The notes under the pieces were generated by a model. It was not told the origin of the DNA. It was given only the letters and a program-made list of their open reading frames with translations, and made no database searches. Positions 43,775 to 52,875 of a DNA stretch of 61,443 nucleotides are shown piece by piece; within the stretch, counting starts at the first letter, position 1, and each line of letters opens with the position of its first letter. The translations under genes and the position numbers were made by a program. Source of the DNA: a virus; the IMG/VR virus record IMGVR_UViG_3300036901_000131, one strand, 5' to 3'.

Positions 43775-44422
43775 GTGTGCCCGACTCTTAAAAACGTCGG
43801 ACACACATGTTGGAGAACTTTCGTGAAAGCTAAAGCGTTCGTTGGTCAGGTAGTTCAGGTGGAACCGCATCCCAGCATTGAAAATCTCGATGTCGTTTCC
43901 ATGACCGGTGTGAAGATTTTCGGTATCCCCTGGATACCGCGCAATATCGCCAACCGTGAACCGCCCGACCCGGAAGGTGATGGCTCAACCGAGCCTCGCT
44001 ATGAGGTGGGTGATTACGCGGTCATGCTGACCGAGAACATGATCCTGCCGGACTGGCTGTTGAAGCATCTCGACATGTGGGATCACGAGAAAAACAAGGG
44101 CACGTGTGGCGGCAGCAAAGGCAATCGGCTGCGAACCAGAAAGATTCCCAACAATGAAACCGGCATCGTGTCCGACGTGGCGCTGCTGCCGGTCTATTGG
44201 ACGCGAAAAACCGATGAGATGCACAATGGCAGAGTCACGCAACAGGGGCTCTTGCATTTCGCCACCGCCATCGAACCCGATTCGACGGATTTGTTGATAT
44301 CAGCGATCACAGTGTCGAAAGTGATCAACCCCGATGATGGCTCTGACGATGGTGACATCACGCCAGTCGGTTTCGATGTCGCGTCTAACATTGGGATCGA
44401 GGAAATCTACGTACCGCAGTGA
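43775..44422 (+). CDS. hypothetical protein (start uncertain)
   Basis: 215-aa ORF. A possible later start is at MTGVKIF. Confidence 0.35.
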   Translation: MCPTLKNVGHTCWRTFVKAKAFVGQVVQVEPHPSIENLDVVSMTGVKIFGIPWIPRNIANREPPDPEGDGSTEPRYEVGDYAVMLTENMILPDWLLKHLDMWDHEKNKGTCGGSKGNRLRTRKIPNNETGIVSDVALLPVYWTRKTDEMHNGRVTQQGLLHFATAIEPDSTDLLISAITVSKVINPDDGSDDGDITPVGFDVASNIGIEEIYVPQ

Positions 44423-44820
44423 ATTTGGGGAGTTAGACCTCCCCTTTTCAGCTTTTTCCAGTCCAGTTCCCACATTACGATGAGGTGATAGCCTAGCGAT
44501 CTACATGAACAACGGCTGCCTCAGACAGAAATTGCAGGGTCGTTTTTCTACTGTGGTTATTGGCGGTCATAGCTCCGCACCGCTTACACCCTTTGCCCTT
44601 AAGATGTGATCTTGGCTGCTGAGGTATGACGCCGTGAATTGGGCATCCAACATAGATTATTTCCTGTGACCCTCTGTACACTGACATGCTATAGTCATAT
44701 CTAGTTCCATGCACAATCATGGCCGACTCTATGAATTTCTGTGTCGTTAATTTTAAGCCCATTGACTTTCTCACATACTGTGAAAGTATACACGAGATGA
44801 AAGGCGGAGTGGAGGACATT

Positions 44821-45984
44821 ATGCGTGCAGTTGCTGTCATCGGAGCCAACTTTGGTGATGAGGGGAAAGGTCTAATTACCGATTATCTCTCTACACCAAC
44901 AAGTATGGTTGTAAGGTCGAGCGGCGGTAGTAATGCAGGACATACAGTCGTCAGGGATGGCAAGCGGCATATCTTTCGTCATGTCGGCAGCGGCGCGCTG
45001 AAAGGAGCCGCTACCTTCCTGTCGGAATATTTCATCAACAACCCGATCCTGTATTTCAAGGAGCTTGAAATTCTCAAAGGGATCGGTGTCGAACCGCTGG
45101 TGTTCGCCGATCCTGGTGGTATGGTGACGACACCATGGGACATGATGATCAACACTATCCTGGAGGAAAGTCGCGGCGGACATCGACACGGCAGTTGTGG
45201 CGTTGGCATCAATGAAACGATGAAACGAAACACGGGCTTTCATCCGTTTCGGGTCATCCATCTGTTCGACGCGAGGAACATTTGCCGATACATCATGAGC
45301 GATTATGTTCCGAATCGCCTGCGGGAGCTTGAGCTTGAGCCGTCGCCGGTCTGGCGGGAACGACTGACCTCACATCACATTCTCGACGCATTCGTTGAGG
45401 AGTGTGAACAATACCTCAAATCGATTCACATCACATCGCTCAAACAGGCCATCGTCATGAACGGCTCCGACGACATCGTGTTCGAGGGGGCGCAGGGATT
45501 GTTGCTGGATCAGGACCACTATTGGTTCCCCCACGTCACGCATTCCAAGACCGGATTGCATAACGTGTTGGAGATCGCGAAGCAGAATGACGGAATCGGC
45601 GAGATCGCCGTGGTATATGTCTCGCGCGCTTATGCCACGCGACATGGAGCCGGTCCCTTTCCGAGGGAACATTTGTCCTTGTCATATGAGGATGAGACCA
45701 ACGTGCCCAACCGTTGGCAGGGTTCGCTTCGTTTCGGTCATCTCGACCTGAGTTTGCTGGCGCAATCCATTCGCCATGATCTTTGGGCATTCCAAGGAAA
45801 ACCGATACTGGCGATGACCTGTCTCGATCAGGTGGCCGATCCAGTCGAATTCTGGCAGGACGGCATGCTGCAAAGCGAACCCAGAGTCGTCATGGTACGA
45901 CGCGCCTGCGCGTCAATCGAGGCGAAGCAATCACTGATCAGTTTCGGCCCATCGGCCAAGGATGTAATTCCCTTCAAATATTGA
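44821..45984 (+). CDS. purA: adenylosuccinate synthetase homolog (PurA family; candidate PurZ-like)
   Basis: AVIGANFGDEGKGLITDYL and VVRSSGGSNAGHTVV align with E. coli PurA GTQWGDEGKGKIVDLL and VVRYQGGHNAGHTLV, with His replaced by Ser. GSCGVGINETMKR matches the IGTTGRGIGPAYEDK region. Start set at MRAV (44821), preceded by GGAGTGGAGGA. Confidence 0.8.
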   Translation: MRAVAVIGANFGDEGKGLITDYLSTPTSMVVRSSGGSNAGHTVVRDGKRHIFRHVGSGALKGAATFLSEYFINNPILYFKELEILKGIGVEPLVFADPGGMVTTPWDMMINTILEESRGGHRHGSCGVGINETMKRNTGFHPFRVIHLFDARNICRYIMSDYVPNRLRELELEPSPVWRERLTSHHILDAFVEECEQYLKSIHITSLKQAIVMNGSDDIVFEGAQGLLLDQDHYWFPHVTHSKTGLHNVLEIAKQNDGIGEIAVVYVSRAYATRHGAGPFPREHLSLSYEDETNVPNRWQGSLRFGHLDLSLLAQSIRHDLWAFQGKPILAMTCLDQVADPVEFWQDGMLQSEPRVVMVRRACASIEAKQSLISFGPSAKDVIPFKY

Positions 45985-46143
45985 TTCAGTGGGTTCTCGC
46001 CGGTTTACCTGAGAATACTTCTGCGAACGGGCGACGTGCGCCACCCGTATTGCGGGCAAAAATCCCGGCGATTTTCTTGACAGATTCAGATTCCGTGTTA
46101 TGACTCCCAGTGTCAAACATTTTTTTGGGAGTTTCAACACGAT

Positions 46144-47919
46144 ATGGCGAGAACACAGACACGAAGGAAGGCGGCTGCGAAGAAGTCAGCGCGGCGCAAG
46201 ACGCCCGTGAAGGCGGCAGTGAAGCGCAAGGCTGCCGTGAAGGTCGCCGCGAAGAAAGCCGCTCCGGCACGCAAAACCGCTCCAGCCCGTAAGAGCGCGC
46301 CGCCGAAAGTCGCGCGAAAGGCCGCGCCGAAGGCTGCTCGCGCTCCGCGCGTTGTCGCCGCTGACGGTCAGGTGGTCAAACCGGCCAAATCGCCAAGCAA
46401 ACGAGCCCTGGACGCGCAATTGCAGGAACGTCGCCTGTCCCTGGCCGCGCAGTTGCATGACAAGGAGCCCGAACGCGATACCTCCATGATCATCGTCGAT
46501 TATCATCAGCTTCGCACGGAAGCGATTCGCGCCATGGGCGGCGATATCGAGTCGGCGGACGCGAGCGATCTGGTTGAGGTCGAGGGCGTGATGGTCGTGC
46601 GCGGTTCGTTCGCCACCGAGGCCAAAGGTCAGGCCGTGGTCAAGAAAATCCGGGAGCAGAAGAAGGGCGCGGGTACCGTTTTCAACGTGCATCCGCTGGA
46701 TTTTCACATCCTGACCGGCGACCAGCGCATCAATACCCGCGATTTCTCGACACCGGCCATGATCAAGCGGGTCGCTGAACTGACCTATGACATCGCGGCC
46801 AACGGTGTCCAGTTGGAGCTTAAGGCGTTCCAGCGCAACGATCTGCTGTATGGCATGAGCGGCGAAACGCGTTGGCGTGCCACGGCTCATGCGCATGTTC
46901 TCAAATCGCGTGGCCTCGTGGAAGACGCGCCGCCCAGCATTCCGGTCATCCTGATCGCGAAGGGCAAGGACGATGCGTTCATCCAGTTGGATGTGATCAA
47001 ACAGAACATGGTCTTCCCGCAGCCGCCGCTGGAAATCGCCGAGGGCATCGCCAAGTCATTCCATCTCGGCAACACGGTGGAAAAAATCGCGACATACATG
47101 AACGAGACCAAAGCCTGGGTTGAAGGCCGAATCGCGATCATGGGGATGCCCGCCCGCGTCAAGAACATGATTCGGGAAGGCGAAGTTACCATCCCGTTCG
47201 CGTGGCGCGTCTGGGAAGAGGAGAAGCAGGACCCCGATCAAACGGTCGCGACTCTTGAATTCGCTGTCCGCACGGCGAAAGCCCAGGGTTCGACACGCGC
47301 CATGCCTCGGCATCTGCCGCCGAAGGCCGACGCGCCTCGCAAAACGACCGCGAGAGCGCCAGCGCCAGCCGAGGCCACGAACGACACGAGCACCACGACG
47401 GATGAAGTGGCGGCTTTTGGCACGGCCTTGCGGGAGGGCATGGAGACCGGCGCGGCCTCGGCTGTCGGGGTCGACACGGTGACCGACCCCGGTGCGAGCA
47501 CGGTCACCGTCGATGCTTCGGCGATGGAAAAACTGGCGGCACGGCTTCAGGAAGTCGAAGCCGAACTGGACCTGTTCAAACAACAGGACGCGAAGAAGGA
47601 TGCCATCATCGCGGAGAAGGATGCCAAAATCGCGGCGGTGACCAAGGAACGCGATCAAGCCAACAAGCGGGCCGATGAATCAAAAGCCAAAGAGCAAGAA
47701 GCCACAGCCAGGGCCGACAAATCCGATGCAGCACAAGCCAGGTTGACGAAGCACTTCGATAATATCGCCGGGGTGCTGGCCAATTGCCCGCTCAAGAACC
47801 CGGAAGATGGCACGGTTGGAATGTTCCCCTCGCTTGAGAATTTCATCAATCCGGTTGCATCAACCTTGGGCATCGATGTTCCGGAGTGGGCGAAGCCGGA
47901 GGAAGAAGAGGCGGCGTAA
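46144..47919 (+). CDS. histone H1-like/AlgP-like basic N-terminal DNA-binding protein with C-terminal coiled coil
   Basis: First about 75 residues are K/A/R/P repeats (RRKAAAKKSARRKTPVKAAVKRKAAVKVAAKKAAPARKTAPARKSAPPKVARKAAPKAARAPR). C-terminal heptad-rich EAELDLFKQQDAKKDAIIAEKDAKIAAVTKERDQANKRADESKAKE. Antisense ORFs in this GC-rich gene are rejected. Confidence 0.5.
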   Translation: MARTQTRRKAAAKKSARRKTPVKAAVKRKAAVKVAAKKAAPARKTAPARKSAPPKVARKAAPKAARAPRVVAADGQVVKPAKSPSKRALDAQLQERRLSLAAQLHDKEPERDTSMIIVDYHQLRTEAIRAMGGDIESADASDLVEVEGVMVVRGSFATEAKGQAVVKKIREQKKGAGTVFNVHPLDFHILTGDQRINTRDFSTPAMIKRVAELTYDIAANGVQLELKAFQRNDLLYGMSGETRWRATAHAHVLKSRGLVEDAPPSIPVILIAKGKDDAFIQLDVIKQNMVFPQPPLEIAEGIAKSFHLGNTVEKIATYMNETKAWVEGRIAIMGMPARVKNMIREGEVTIPFAWRVWEEEKQDPDQTVATLEFAVRTAKAQGSTRAMPRHLPPKADAPRKTTARAPAPAEATNDTSTTTDEVAAFGTALREGMETGAASAVGVDTVTDPGASTVTVDASAMEKLAARLQEVEAELDLFKQQDAKKDAIIAEKDAKIAAVTKERDQANKRADESKAKEQEATARADKSDAAQARLTKHFDNIAGVLANCPLKNPEDGTVGMFPSLENFINPVASTLGIDVPEWAKPEEEEAA

Positions 47920-47972
47920 TCACACACGAACCATCGAAGCCCTCGGGATCGCTCCCGAGGGCTTTCTTTTTG

Positions 47973-48500
47973 TCAAGCTCTCCAGAATTCGACGATCCGA
48001 TCCCACCAATCCTTGGGCGCACCCTCGGCGATGGCGATCAAGCCTCCCCGCTTACGAACCTCAGGATTCCAGATGCCGAGGCAGGCTGTATTGGGCCACC
48101 GGGATTGATCTCCGGCGACGCTGTTATAATCAACATCGAGCACCGGGTCCCTGTCGAAATATTGCAGGGAAAATTTGGCTCCCGGAACCGCGCGTTGAAC
48201 CTGGAGCGCCAACCTAACCAGTGGCGTCGGAGCGGGACTCGCATCAACGGCGTGCCTAGCCGTCGAGCCCCAATTGGACAGGAATTTCGCCAATGATGTG
48301 CCTCTGACATGATAAGCCCGTTTCCATTTAAACTGATCGAGAGGCCGACCATTGGCGTTCTCAGCGATCCACGCGAGCCGATATTTCTCCTTGTAATCGT
48401 CCACGACTGATCGCGGAATCGGGGTGATGCCCATTCTCGTCAGAGGATCGACAATCGGTACGGTATCAAAACTCTCTATGACGTTGGTATCGCGCGGCAT
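47973..48500 (-). CDS. paralog family protein (member 1 of 3)
   Basis: Shares DPLTRMGITPIP, F-x-L-x-YF-x-RDPVL-x-V-x-Y and CLGIWD with 49774..50274 and 50285..50815. Start set at the ATG aligned with the paralogs. Confidence 0.45.
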   Translation of the reverse strand: MPRDTNVIESFDTVPIVDPLTRMGITPIPRSVVDDYKEKYRLAWIAENANGRPLDQFKWKRAYHVRGTSLAKFLSNWGSTARHAVDASPAPTPLVRLALQVQRAVPGAKFSLQYFDRDPVLDVDYNSVAGDQSRWPNTACLGIWNPEVRKRGGLIAIAEGAPKDWWDRIVEFWRA

Positions 48501-48904
48501 GGCCGAGAACTCCATGATTCGTTGAGACAATCGAAGCATATGAGATTTCGGGCGGGACGGCAATCCTCACTTGACGCTCCATGGGGAATATTCCGATGAT
48601 GCCTAAGGAAAAGGAGCCATCCGCATGTTAGACGCCATCTCCAAACCCTCGCTGGTCGAAATAATTCAATGGGGCGGCATTCTCGCTGCCTAGCGACAAG
48701 AAATGAACAAAGCCATGCTGTCGCGCATCCGCCGCTCGACCTCGTAAATGTCCTGCGCCCCGCGCAAGAATTCCTCCTGCGGGCAGTATGGCTTCCACTG
48801 ATAATGACGAATGATGATGGTCGATTGATGACGCGGAAATAGGTGATTTAAGATACGAATGATCATGCACACTATTTAACATTTACTTCGCACTCGCAAC
48901 AATC

Positions 48905-49153
48905 CTAATCGTCCGGCCATTTTATTATGTCGATGACCTTGAGAAGTTCCTCAAAGGTTTCCCGTGCGATGGCGAGACCATGCTTTTTCTTGATTTCGTA
49001 CGCTAGGCGCAACAACATGAGGGTATAGGTTCGCGCTTCCTCGTCGATCCCGGCGAGACCCATTTGAATGACAGCATTCGTGGCATCCCAGAGCAACTTA
49101 TCACTCTCGGTCATCGGGAGCGGAACAGTCGTCACGATCTCTTCATCAGCCAT
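48905..49153 (-). CDS. hypothetical acidic protein
   Basis: 82-aa ORF. Confidence 0.35.
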   Translation of the reverse strand: MADEEIVTTVPLPMTESDKLLWDATNAVIQMGLAGIDEEARTYTLMLLRLAYEIKKKHGLAIARETFEELLKVIDIIKWPDD

Positions 49154-49162
49154 GTCGTAACC

Positions 49163-49570
49163 CTATCGGTTCTGATTTTTGCCCTGGCCATGTTGACGAA
49201 CGGCGATCATCTGCCGGTGCCTGTGACCTTCTGATTTGCCGCGAACATGCTCACGTGTAGCGAGGACTTTCTTCAAGGCCCACCATTCGATGTCTTCCAG
49301 AGGATCGCTGCCGTCATCGGAACAATACAAGCGATGCTCGTCGAATTTTGTCAGCAATTCCCTGGTGGAGAGCTTCTGAAGCCTCGCTTCCATGGCGTTC
49401 TGTTGATGACCACGCGAACGCGCCCTGCGACGCTCCACACGGCGTTGCATGATGTCATAGACCGTCAGCATGTCGGCATCAGGCGGGATGCCCTGCATGA
49501 TGATGCGCTCCCGCCGTTGGGCCTTTAGATTGGTTCGCTCAAGGTGCGGCGGCGGCATGTCAGGGACCAC
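49163..49570 (-). CDS. hypothetical basic protein
   Basis: 135-aa ORF containing RRERIIMQ…RRRARSRGHQQ. Confidence 0.35.
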   Translation of the reverse strand: MVPDMPPPHLERTNLKAQRRERIIMQGIPPDADMLTVYDIMQRRVERRRARSRGHQQNAMEARLQKLSTRELLTKFDEHRLYCSDDGSDPLEDIEWWALKKVLATREHVRGKSEGHRHRQMIAVRQHGQGKNQNR

Positions 49571-49733
49571 GGAACATCAGCCACCATATTAGCACGAGGC
49601 TGCCAACCGTCAAAACCGTCCCCACGATGTAATATGGAATGGGCGATGATGCCCAGATCGCCGCGTACAGCAGAAAACAGATGCCGCAGCCCAGGATCAT
49701 TCCAAGGAGCAAGGCTCCGAACGGATTGAACAT
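49560..49733 (-). CDS. small membrane protein (57 aa)
   Basis: MFNPFGALLLGMILGCGICFLLYAAIWASSPIPYYIVGTVLTVGSLVLIWWLMFRGP has two TM helices. Overlaps the next gene start by 11 nt. Confidence 0.3.
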   Translation of the reverse strand: MFNPFGALLLGMILGCGICFLLYAAIWASSPIPYYIVGTVLTVGSLVLIWWLMFRGP

Positions 49734-49773
49734 GGGGAATGGTCCATCTCACCGGAGATGGACCATCCTCTTA

Positions 49774-50274
49774 TCAGGCGGCGATGGCGAGGATCACACC
49801 CTGATCCCATATCGCCAGACAGTCCCTGTGCTTTCGCCCGTCCAATGAATAGACGACGTACAGCACGGGGTCCTTCTCGAAATAATCCAACTCGAAGGTG
49901 GTCTCGATCCTGCCTTTCACCAGTTCTTCCTGAACCCGTTCTGCCAGGTCAATGATGTCACCTGGCGTTTCGACACGATCCATGTGGTTCCCGAGCCCGT
50001 CGATTGGGAATTGTAACCATTGCCGGAGCGTGAGTCCCACGATCATGGGTAGCCCCATCTGAATGATGAGGTCACTGGTGATGTTACCTTCCGCATCGTA
50101 ATAGATGGTCATCCATCCGATTGAGTTGCGGTTTACAACGCTCACGTATTGATAGTGAATGGAAAACCATTCCTCATAGTCGGCCTTGTGCTTCGTTACG
50201 ACATCTTCGGGAATCGGCGTGATGCCCATTTTTGTCAGAGGATCAAGAATTTTTCCTGCTGCGTCGAGTGGCAT
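49774..50274 (-). CDS. paralog family protein (member 2 of 3)
   Basis: MPLDAAGKILDPLTKMGITPIPEDVV…FELDYFEKDPVLYVVY…CLAIWD. Start trimmed to the ATG aligned with the paralogs. Confidence 0.45.
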   Translation of the reverse strand: MPLDAAGKILDPLTKMGITPIPEDVVTKHKADYEEWFSIHYQYVSVVNRNSIGWMTIYYDAEGNITSDLIIQMGLPMIVGLTLRQWLQFPIDGLGNHMDRVETPGDIIDLAERVQEELVKGRIETTFELDYFEKDPVLYVVYSLDGRKHRDCLAIWDQGVILAIAA

Positions 50275-50284
50275 GGGAACCTCC

Positions 50285-50815
50285 TCAATGGTCGGCGATG
50301 GCGACAGTCTTGCCGGTGTCGAATCCTCCGCTACCAGGCACCTTGTCCCAAATCCCCAGACAGGCTTTGCGCTTTCCCCCGTCGAATGGATATACGGCAT
50401 ACAACACGGGGTCTCTTTCGAAATAATCCAACTGGAAGGTGGTATCGGGGATTTCGCGATGAACCCGTTCCGCCAGTTCAACGATTTCCGAGGGAGCGCC
50501 GGAATGATCATCGGTGTTGCCCAATCCGTAGATTGGCTTAGCTAACCAAGTTTTGAGCGTTTCATGGCGTTCGTATCCATGATAACCTGTTGGACACAAA
50601 TCACTGGTTATCACCCGATCCGAGGCATACCAATAGATCGTCGCCCATCTGAACATACGGGACAAACCACGACGGCTTGGGTTCGCGCAGAAAAAGGCTT
50701 CTGTATACTCGGCCTTGTGTCGAGCGACGACATCTTCGGGAATCGGCGTGATGCCCAATTTCACCAGAGGATCGAGAACTACTGAACTTTCGCGGCCTGC
50801 TGCGTCGAGTGGCAT
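50285..50815 (-). CDS. paralog family protein (member 3 of 3)
   Basis: MPLDAAGRESSVVLDPLVKLGITPIPEDVV…FQLDYFERDPVLYAVY…CLGIWD. GGAG upstream of the trimmed start. Confidence 0.45.
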   Translation of the reverse strand: MPLDAAGRESSVVLDPLVKLGITPIPEDVVARHKAEYTEAFFCANPSRRGLSRMFRWATIYWYASDRVITSDLCPTGYHGYERHETLKTWLAKPIYGLGNTDDHSGAPSEIVELAERVHREIPDTTFQLDYFERDPVLYAVYPFDGGKRKACLGIWDKVPGSGGFDTGKTVAIADH

Positions 50816-51468
50816 GGCGGAGACTCCCTGTTTTTTCCTAACGTTGATGACGGAGTCGCTTATAGCCGAGTGGAAGGAGGGAGGCAACTCATGAAAGTCG
50901 GTATCAAGCTCGACTCGGAGCACACTGAGGAAAGGCTAATTCCACCAAAACAGTGCTGATTATCTCCACTTGATCGGATCGATTCATCACAGGGATACAT
51001 GCAGGGCAATGTTCAATTCGTCTCGTGCGCGATCAATTGGGCGAAAAACGATTCCTCAAATGAAAGTGCTTTGGAGCTAATTCGGTTGGTCAAAGAGCAC
51101 GCCTGAAACGAGTTGGGAGAGAGCTTTTGGCCCTCTCCCTTCTGTTTCAAGGCTTACGGCTCACGCCGCCTCTTAAAGCCCATCCTTTCAGATTCTGCTC
51201 AGCCGCTCACGCAGCGAGAGCAAATTCCTGGGGAAGAATGTCATTATCGTTGACATCTCAGGTTTTGGACTGATCTTGGGTCGTACCTTACCCCGTGGCC
51301 ACATATCGTCCTTACTACCGAAATCGATCCTAATTTCACCCCCATAGGTCTCCAAGGGTGGAGATGCGGAGGAATGGTGGAGGTGCGGACTTGTTGCAGG
51401 TCCGGTCTTTCAGTCTATGCCACTCAGCATCTACCACGATAGTCCTGCGGTTTCCCGCCTGACAACTT

Positions 51469-51669
51469 CTATTTAGTCGATCCCCCCCGAGGACGCAAGC
51501 GAAATCCGTATTTCGTCCAGAGTTTCTCCGGTCGCGGCATCGTGCGCAATCTGCACCAGGCGGCGCTGATGGCGTTCCGATACTCGGTGTCGGTCGCGTA
51601 GTGATCGCGCGTTATCCGATCAAAACGAATCTCATTCAACATCTTGTGATAGTCAGAATAAACGCTCAT
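51469..51669 (-). CDS. hypothetical small protein
   Basis: 66-aa ORF at the edge of a long non-coding region. Confidence 0.25.
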   Translation of the reverse strand: MSVYSDYHKMLNEIRFDRITRDHYATDTEYRNAISAAWCRLRTMPRPEKLWTKYGFRLRPRGGSTK

Positions 51670-51720
51670 GCAGCCATTCCCGAAAGAACGGAGCCAGTCA
51701 CTTTGACTGGCCCCTCATTC

Positions 51721-52131
51721 TCACCATCCTATGTTGACCGTGGTCGCATTACAAACATCGACCGGACCACCACCGTTGATTTTGTGTGGTTTGCCATCCG
51801 CCGTCCGCACCTCGATGTACTTCGTGCAGCCGGACCAACCGGTCGGGAACCTGATGATGGTCGTTCCACCCGATGGGATCATGCCGCCGCCTGGAATGGG
51901 CATCCAGTCGGTTCCCCACATCATCGAGTTCGCTGTCTGGATGCCAGTGACAGGGGCTGGTGAGTTGTTCTTGAAACAAAGCAACGGCAGGCCACGCAAC
52001 GCCGCGCAATTGACCATTTGCGTGGGCGATTGCGCCTTGGCCGGAAGCGATAGAAGAAGCAAGCCACTTAACAGAACTATTACATATTTCACGACGTTCT
52101 TCCTGATGATGATGCGTTGCCTTAAGCGCAC
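51721..52131 (-). CDS. secreted hypothetical protein (signal peptide)
   Basis: VKYVIVLLSGLLLLSLPAKAQSP leader followed by a Gly/Pro-rich mature region. Overlapping ORFs in other frames are rejected. Confidence 0.4.
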   Translation of the reverse strand: MRLRQRIIIRKNVVKYVIVLLSGLLLLSLPAKAQSPTQMVNCAALRGLPLLCFKNNSPAPVTGIQTANSMMWGTDWMPIPGGGMIPSGGTTIIRFPTGWSGCTKYIEVRTADGKPHKINGGGPVDVCNATTVNIGW

Positions 52132-52259
52132 CCTAAATTAAGGGCAATCGGAAATTCCACCATCGAACTAAAAACTTTGAACAGAACTTCATGTTGACAG
52201 AAAACACTTACAATCCTCATGCGATTGGGCTACAAGTAAGAACTTTCTTGGAGAATGAT

Positions 52260-52715
52260 ATGACGACATTGGATAGAATCAGAGCCGACCGAGACATCGC
52301 GAGAAAGGCTCATGACCCGGTGATCAGCAACATACTGGGCATCGTGATCTCGGACTGTGAAAACAAGGCGCATGGATCGCCGGGTAAGGGTTCGCATGAA
52401 CTGACGGAAGCCGACATCCTCGGTGTGGTTCAGGGCTGGGCGAAGAAAACAAGCGAGACGATGGCTCTGATCAAGGACCGTCCGGAACGGGTTGGTGAAT
52501 ACGTCAAGATGGGAACCGAGGCGGCGGTGCTGGCGGCGTATCTTCCCACCGAGAGGTTGTCGGCGGAGAGATTGCGAGAAATCGCCACTGAACAGAAAGG
52601 TCTCGACATAGGAAAGATCATGCAATACTTGAAGACCGAATATCCTGGTCAATATGACGCGAGAGAAGCCTCCGTCATCATCAAGGATGTACTTGTCGAG
52701 ACATCCAAGGAATAG
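52260..52715 (+). CDS. GatB/YqeY domain protein
   Basis: LREIATEQKGLDIGKIMQYLKTEYPGQYDAREASVIIKDVL resembles the YqeY C-terminus (…[32 protein letters not shown]). Start set at MTTLDRIR. Confidence 0.55.
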   Translation: MTTLDRIRADRDIARKAHDPVISNILGIVISDCENKAHGSPGKGSHELTEADILGVVQGWAKKTSETMALIKDRPERVGEYVKMGTEAAVLAAYLPTERLSAERLREIATEQKGLDIGKIMQYLKTEYPGQYDAREASVIIKDVLVETSKE

Positions 52716-52875
52716 AACACGCGGAGGCGGAGGACTGATCCCCATCGGTCAGTCCTTCGTCTATACTAATAACATCAGCAAATTTAGTTCATGTTTGACA
52801 AACGATGAAATACCCTTAGTGTAGTCTGATTGTTGTTCAAATGGAGTGCACGAAGTGGCCGAAATCGATTCCCTC

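Noticed and set aside
44493-44849. 118-aa minus-strand ORF overlapping the purA-like start, and the track's 44719 start for the purA homolog
   Set aside because: PurA homology begins at MRAV (44821), which has a strong RBS. The upstream 34 codons and the antisense ORF have no support.
46186-47658. 236-aa and 200-aa minus-strand ORFs within the histone-like gene
   Set aside because: The gene is a GC-rich Lys/Ala-codon region that generates long antisense ORFs, both of which are Arg/Gly/His-rich.
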